Shown here: in pieces, positions 25,350 to 32,000 of the stretch
How the letters are laid out: the number at the start of each line of letters is the position of its first letter
How positions within the stretch are numbered: position 1 is the stretch's first letter
Source: Candidatus Brocadia sp.
GTDB taxonomy: Bacteria; Planctomycetota; Brocadiia; Brocadiales; Brocadiaceae
DNA: 32,000 nucleotides
Assembly (NCBI GenBank): GCA_021650915.1
Contig: CP091279.1
Location: 3,990,001 to 4,022,000 of the forward strand
Reading direction: 5' to 3'
Made by a program: the position numbers and the translations under genes
Notes under the pieces: generated by a model
Told to the model about the DNA's origin: nothing
What the model saw: only the letters and a program-made list of their open reading frames with translations
Databases searched by the model: none

Positions 25350-26411
25350 TTGGGAGACACAACATTGCTAAGAGTAGGAATCATTGGCGCCACGGCCTAT
25401 ACCAGCCTTGAGCTCATAAAAATTCTCCTGCGTCACCCGGAAGTGAAGATTACCTATCTCGGCGTGCGCCGGACTGACCGCCCCAGGATATCAGATATAT
25501 TTCCCACCTTAAAAAACCTGCTCGACTTGAAATGTGAGACCATTGAGCAGAAAGAAGTTCCTGAAAATATTGACCTCGCTTTTATTACACTGCCGCCAAC
25601 GATCTCTATGCAATATGTCCCGCTCTTTATACAAAAGAGCATAAAGGTCATCGATTTTAGCGCCGATTACCGTTTCCGTGACAAGTCACTGTATGAACGG
25701 TGGTATAAGACGCAGCATACAGATAGTAAGGGAATTGAAACGGCCGTATATGGCCTTCCGGAGCTTTTTCGGGAGAAGATCAAAAAGGCCAGGCTGGTAG
25801 GCAATCCGGGTTGTTATACTACGGCAACCATATTGGCCTTAGCCCCCTTACTTATGAAAGGGCTTGTCTTCCCGGAAGATATCATTGTGGACGCAAAGTC
25901 GGGCGTATCAGGACGTGGACGTGAACCCAAGGAAGATACCCACTATTGCGAATGTAATGAGAACATAGAGGCCTATAGCGTAGGCGGGCATCGCCACAGT
26001 CCTGAGATCGAACATATCCTTTCCATGAGGACAAACCAAAAGGTATCTATACAATTTGTCCCTCACCTCATTCCTATGAATCGCGGCATCCTGTGTACCA
26101 TCTACGCCAAACCAAAACATGGAATGACTGTAGGGGCGAATGGTCATTCGCCCTTCAGTGACCATGAGGTGCATAAACTCTACAAAGAATTTTACGGAAA
26201 TGGACCCTTTATTCGTCTCAAAGAGGGCCATGAAACACCCAGGACAAAGGACGTAACATACACCAACTTCTGCGATATTGCCACGAAGGTCACAGAAAAC
26301 CGCATCGTCATCCTTTCCGCTATCGACAATCTTATCAAAGGCGCATCCGGTCAGGCCGTACAGAACATGAATGTCATGTGCGGCTTTGACGAGAAAACGG
26401 GGCTGTTATAG
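25350..26411 (+). CDS. argC: N-acetyl-gamma-glutamyl-phosphate reductase
   Basis: The NAD(P)-binding N-terminus reads VGIIGATAYTSLELIKIL. The catalytic Cys motif is GNPGCYTTA, and the C-terminal motif is AIDNLIKGASGQAVQNMN. The start is TTG 25350 or a nearby alternative. Confidence 0.9.
   Translation: MGDTTLLRVGIIGATAYTSLELIKILLRHPEVKITYLGVRRTDRPRISDIFPTLKNLLDLKCETIEQKEVPENIDLAFITLPPTISMQYVPLFIQKSIKVIDFSADYRFRDKSLYERWYKTQHTDSKGIETAVYGLPELFREKIKKARLVGNPGCYTTATILALAPLLMKGLVFPEDIIVDAKSGVSGRGREPKEDTHYCECNENIEAYSVGGHRHSPEIEHILSMRTNQKVSIQFVPHLIPMNRGILCTIYAKPKHGMTVGANGHSPFSDHEVHKLYKEFYGNGPFIRLKEGHETPRTKDVTYTNFCDIATKVTENRIVILSAIDNLIKGASGQAVQNMNVMCGFDEKTGLL
26132..26155. repeat. Short palindromic element inside argC (GGGCGAATG-gt-CATTCGCCC)
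   Basis: Two 9-bp perfect arms lie at 26134-26142 and 26145-26153. The 11-mer GTAGGGGCGAA is shared with the core of the MITE. It lies in a segment (MTVGANGHSPFS) that looks like an insertion relative to the ArgC sequences I remember. Confidence 0.55.
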
Positions 26412-26564
26412 ACCGGTTGTAGTCAGAAACAGCATACAAAGATTCATTTCTCTGCGTTTTCCGCGCGTTCTGCAGTGCACTCTTACGAAAAAGAGTGGTT
26501 GGAGGTGGTAAGGCAGGGAGCAAAAAGCTTGAAATTCCTGTATATAATTTATGTCAAACTACTT

Positions 26565-28634
26565 TTACACGTGCCTTCTTAAGGCAGCAATATCGTTCAG
26601 GAACCGTTCGTTGGAATATTTTCCTTTTTTTACCACCAGGGAAACACAGTGGTTTAACTTTTCCTTATCCGCCTGGGTCAAATCCTTTGAAGTAACCACG
26701 ATGATGGGAATGGTGTTCGTCTCCGGCGAGGTCTTTAATTTGTCCACAACGTCAAATCCGCTTACCTCCGGCATCATCAGGTCTGAAAGAATCAGGTCCG
26801 GTTTGTGGAGAAAAGCCTTATCGATCCCTTCTTTCCCGCCGAAGGCCTTTAAAACTTCATATCCTTCCGAGCCAAGAAGCGTACTGAGTAATTCGACTGA
26901 TTTCGAATCGTCGTCAATAATCAATACCTTCGTGTGCACGTTGTTGACCCTGGGAGACAATCCGTATGAGGCGAGTTTTGACAAGAGATCGGCTCTGCTG
27001 ACCGGTTTGCTGAGGTAATCCGTTGCGCCCAGTCCAAAGCCGATATCCCTGTTGTCTACCAGGGAAATTACCAGGACGGGGATATCTTTCACTTCCGGAT
27101 CTTCTTTCAGTTCCTTTAATACCTCCCATCCGTCTTTTTTGGGAAGCATGATGTCCAGGGTAATGGCAAATGGCTTAAACTTCCTTGCCTTGTGCAGGGC
27201 GTCTTCACCATCGAAGGCGGTAATGGTCTGATACCCCGATTTCTTTAAAAAGACGCACAGGAGTTCGCTTGTCTTCGGGTCGTCTTCAACCACCAGAATT
27301 ACTTCACGGCCTGGCTGGCTTTCGGATAGACGGGCACGTTCTCTTTCTGTTCCGGCGATTTTGTTTACCGGCAAGGTGAAGAAAAAGACACTGCCGACTC
27401 CCACCGTACTCTCAAAGCCTATTTTGCCGCCATGCATCTCAACTAATTTCTTCGTAAGGGCAAGGCCCAGTCCTGTTCCTTCATATTTGCGCGCGAAAGA
27501 GCTGTCGACCTGCGAAAATTCCACAAATATTTTTGGATAATTCTGTGGGGCTATCCCAATACCCGTGTCGGTGACTTTGACCTCAATACAATCGTTCTCT
27601 CTTTTCACCGAAGCGGTATGGAGCGTAATTTTTCCTTTTTCCGGGGTAAATTTAATGGAGTTGGAAAGCAGATTATACAGTATTTGCTTAAACTTGGTCG
27701 GGTCAGCAAAAAGACGGGCGGCAGAGTCGTGTACTATGGTTTCAATGGCAAGTGACTTTTTACTGGCAAGCCCCTTCAGGGTAATCAAGACGGCATCTAT
27801 TGCCTTGCCGAGCTCAAATTCTTCATATTTTAATTCCAGTTTACCCGACTCCACTTTGGAGAGATCCAGGATATCATTGATCATCTGCAACAGATGCTGA
27901 CCACTGCTATGGATGTCGAGAACAAACTCCGTCTGCTCGTCATTTAAATCACCGCACAGTTTATCCCGAAGCACTTCGGCAAAACCAATGATGGCATTTA
28001 ACGGGGTGCGCAGTTCGTGCGACATGTTGGCAAGAAACTCGCTTTTTGCCTTGTTGGCCGTCTCGATCTTCTTGTTTTGCATCTCGGTAATCCTGACCTT
28101 TTCCTCAAGCGCAGCGTGGTAGCTGTGGATATAGGCATCCATAGCCAGTTGCATATCGAGGTTCATAATCTTGTCCATGACCAGGATATAGTCCGTCATC
28201 TTCTCTGGCTGTTCTTTGTAAGTCTCAATGATAAGAGGAAAAATCAGCCGGTGATACAGGCAGTATGCGCCAATATACCAATTAGGGTGCAGATCAATGC
28301 GGTCATGTGTTTTTCCCACGTTTAAACGATGTGCAAAGTATTCGTCGTCATACTCCCCCCCGGTGAGCATCAGGAGATATTCCTTTTGCGTGCGCCTGAC
28401 CTTCTTGACCGTTTCTTCGTCTGACAAAAAAGCCCTGGTTTTATCAAACCGGAGGAGGTGACTGTAAAACTTGCTTATGATCGCGTCTGCATGCTGATGG
28501 ATAAGGCCGTTTAATTCCTTCAGCAAGACGACATCTCTCCCGGTAAAATCTACATAGTCCTTGCGAATCTGACGTTCCTTTTCGCTCAGGTTCAAGTCAT
28601 TTATCGGCACGATATGTTCTTCCATGGCAAACAC
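26565..28634 (-). CDS. Globin-coupled hybrid sensor histidine kinase (protoglobin-like sensor - HisKA - HATPase - REC - REC)
   Basis: The N-terminal 150 aa has the globin-coupled-sensor pattern (FTGRDVVLLKEL...IISKFYSHLLRF...VGKTHDRIDLHPNWYIGAY). The H-box is MSHELRTPLNAIIGF; other kinase motifs are DTGIGI and GTGLGLALT. The two receivers show ILVVEDDPKT...LDIMLPKKDG and VLIIDDDSKS...LSDLMMPEVSG. Confidence 0.8.
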   Translation of the reverse strand: MFAMEEHIVPINDLNLSEKERQIRKDYVDFTGRDVVLLKELNGLIHQHADAIISKFYSHLLRFDKTRAFLSDEETVKKVRRTQKEYLLMLTGGEYDDEYFAHRLNVGKTHDRIDLHPNWYIGAYCLYHRLIFPLIIETYKEQPEKMTDYILVMDKIMNLDMQLAMDAYIHSYHAALEEKVRITEMQNKKIETANKAKSEFLANMSHELRTPLNAIIGFAEVLRDKLCGDLNDEQTEFVLDIHSSGQHLLQMINDILDLSKVESGKLELKYEEFELGKAIDAVLITLKGLASKKSLAIETIVHDSAARLFADPTKFKQILYNLLSNSIKFTPEKGKITLHTASVKRENDCIEVKVTDTGIGIAPQNYPKIFVEFSQVDSSFARKYEGTGLGLALTKKLVEMHGGKIGFESTVGVGSVFFFTLPVNKIAGTERERARLSESQPGREVILVVEDDPKTSELLCVFLKKSGYQTITAFDGEDALHKARKFKPFAITLDIMLPKKDGWEVLKELKEDPEVKDIPVLVISLVDNRDIGFGLGATDYLSKPVSRADLLSKLASYGLSPRVNNVHTKVLIIDDDSKSVELLSTLLGSEGYEVLKAFGGKEGIDKAFLHKPDLILSDLMMPEVSGFDVVDKLKTSPETNTIPIIVVTSKDLTQADKEKLNHCVSLVVKKGKYSNERFLNDIAALRRHV

Positions 28635-28662
28635 CTGTTTTTCATGAATTTTCGCTCATTCC

Positions 28663-29019
28663 TCACATCCTAGAAATTTTACCAGAAGTCTTTATGAATG
28701 ATAAGGAAAAACTCGCGGATTCGATCGTGATGCACAAAGAGCAGGAATAATTTAGTTTTTTGATGGAAAGCTGATGTAACGGCCTGGCGGGATATATACG
28801 CAAATTATACTCAAGATGCTCATAAAATGTGAATTTTAAATTGATAATAAGGTGGCATGGACAAACTCTGTTTGTCCGTGTTGAACTACTATAAATCACA
28901 AATTGTGAGCCTGTGGAGTATAGCAGAGAAATGTTTGTAAAACTCAGACCCAGGGCCATCGTAAAAGCGTCTTTCAGAAAATCCCTGCGATTGGCAAGGG
29001 TATTTTCTTTGAGTGGCAT
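28663..29019 (-). CDS. Doubtful ORF beginning with a consensus twin-arginine (Tat) signal; possibly a decayed gene remnant
   Basis: It starts 7 nt after the proA stop. The N-terminus MPLKENTLANRRDFLKDAFTMALGLSF fits the S/T-RRxFLK consensus plus an h-region. The remaining 90 aa are low-information and AT-rich. Confidence 0.25.
   Translation of the reverse strand: MPLKENTLANRRDFLKDAFTMALGLSFTNISLLYSTGSQFVIYSSSTRTNRVCPCHLIINLKFTFYEHLEYNLRIYPARPLHQLSIKKLNYSCSLCITIESASFSLSFIKTSGKISRM
28859..28877. promoter_or_regulatory. Perfect 19-bp palindrome GGACAAAC-TCT-GTTTGTCC, a possible operator site
   Basis: The 8-bp arms are exact reverse complements and there is no flanking T-run. It lies about 225 bp upstream of the globin-coupled kinase start. 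Confidence 0.3.
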
Positions 29020-30247
29020 TTTCTCTTATTTCCTTACCTGCCCGTTCCCATATACTACAAATTTATACGTCGTGAGTTCTTCAAGTCCCATAGGCCCCCG
29101 GGCATGGAGTTTGTCCGTACTGATGCCGATCTCCGCACCCATGCCAAATTCGTAGCCATCGGTGAAACGTGTTGAGGCATTGACGTACACGGCCGCCGAA
29201 TCGACCTCTTTCGTGAATTTCAGGGCGTTACCGACATGATCGGTGACAATCGCATCAGAATGATTTGATCCATATTTGGTTATGTGACTGATGGCATCGT
29301 CTATCGTAGCCACCACTTTTACGTTAAGGATCAGGTCAAGATATTCAGAGTAATAATCGTCCGCCGTGGCATGTTTTATATTTCCTAAAATGCCGCACGA
29401 CTTGTTGCAGCCCCGGATTTCTACTCCGGCATCGTGCAGTTTTTTCGCCACACCTGGCAGAAAAACGGATGCAATCTTTTCATGCACCAGCATCGTCTCC
29501 ATGGCGTTACAGGTAGCGGGACGCTGCACCTTTGCGTTAAAACATATCTCCGCAGCCATGGTAAGATTGGCAAATTCATCCACGTAGGTATGACACACCC
29601 CTTTGTAATGCTTGATGACGGGTATCGTGGATTTTTCCACTACCGCGCGGATAAGCGATTCCCCGCCTCTGGGAATAACGGCGTCCACATATTGGTCGGC
29701 CTTGAGCAAAAAGTCGATGGCTTCACGTTCAACAACCTCCACAAGCTGGATGCACCGCGTGTCCAGTCCCGCCTTCTCCAGGGCAGAGGCAAGGATCTTG
29801 TAAATGGCAATATTTGAATGGATTGACTCCTTTCCTCCACGCAGGATAACGGCATTTCCCGCCTTTAAACACAAGGATGCCGCGTCAGCAGTGACGTTGG
29901 GGCGTGATTCATAAATAATGGCAATGACCCCGATGGGTACCCGCACCTTCTGAATCTGTAACCCGTTTGGCCTGGTCTGTCCCCATAAGAGTTCACCAAC
30001 AGGGTCGGCAAGATGGATGATTTGGCGGACGCCTTCAGCCATGCCCTGAATACGGCTGTCGGTGAGGCGGAGACGGTCAATTATCGCCTCGGATAGGCCG
30101 GCTTTTTTGGCCACGGCAATATCCTTTTCATTTTCTGCCTTAAGGAGATCTTTTGAGGAAAGAATGCCTTCGGTAAGATAGTGAAGTGCCGTGTTTTTTA
30201 TGGTGGTATTTGCTGAGGCAATGAATCGTGATGCAGTTTTTGCGTGT

Positions 30248-32000
<1,753 letters not shown>

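Noticed and set aside
26551-27018. A 155-aa plus-strand ORF opposite the receiver domains of the hybrid kinase.
   Set aside because: It is a shadow ORF of a well-supported minus-strand gene and has no recognisable motif.

Overview
The window is a 32 kb chromosomal segment from a diderm bacterium. Most of it is ordinary: mltA, groEL, hsp20-lon, argC, proA, an ftsB-like gene and a truncated eno. The gene content is compatible with a PVC-superphylum or anaerobic planctomycete-like organism, but that is only a guess. No rRNA, tRNA or CRISPR array is visible.

Several less ordinary elements are interspersed among these genes:
- Two tandem paralogous lipoproteins (543 and 530 aa) are built of DUF11 repeats. 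From memory they look colinear with the chlamydial cysteine-rich outer-membrane protein OmcB.
- The leader of the first paralog has the hallmarks of a c-di-GMP-I (GEMM-I) riboswitch fused to a perfect 19-bp terminator hairpin.
- An AT-rich, translationally coupled two-gene operon on the minus strand (837 aa + 182 aa) has no motif I can recognise. It is my best candidate for an undescribed system.
- A 150-bp MITE-like element is present in two inverted copies, each with its own 8-bp target duplication. One copy splits a RelE/ParE toxin gene and leaves its antitoxin intact.
- A short palindrome related to the MITE core sits in frame inside argC.
- A signalling block runs TonB-dependent receptor, periplasmic ABC_sub_bind protein, HAMP histidine kinase, CheY-like regulator, then a REC-PAS-GGDEF-EAL protein.
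- A globin-coupled hybrid histidine kinase carries two receiver domains.
- A DUF1858-hemerythrin gene and a Cys-rich partner gene form an operon behind a near-consensus sigma70 promoter.

All family assignments come from motif reading by eye, not from database searches.
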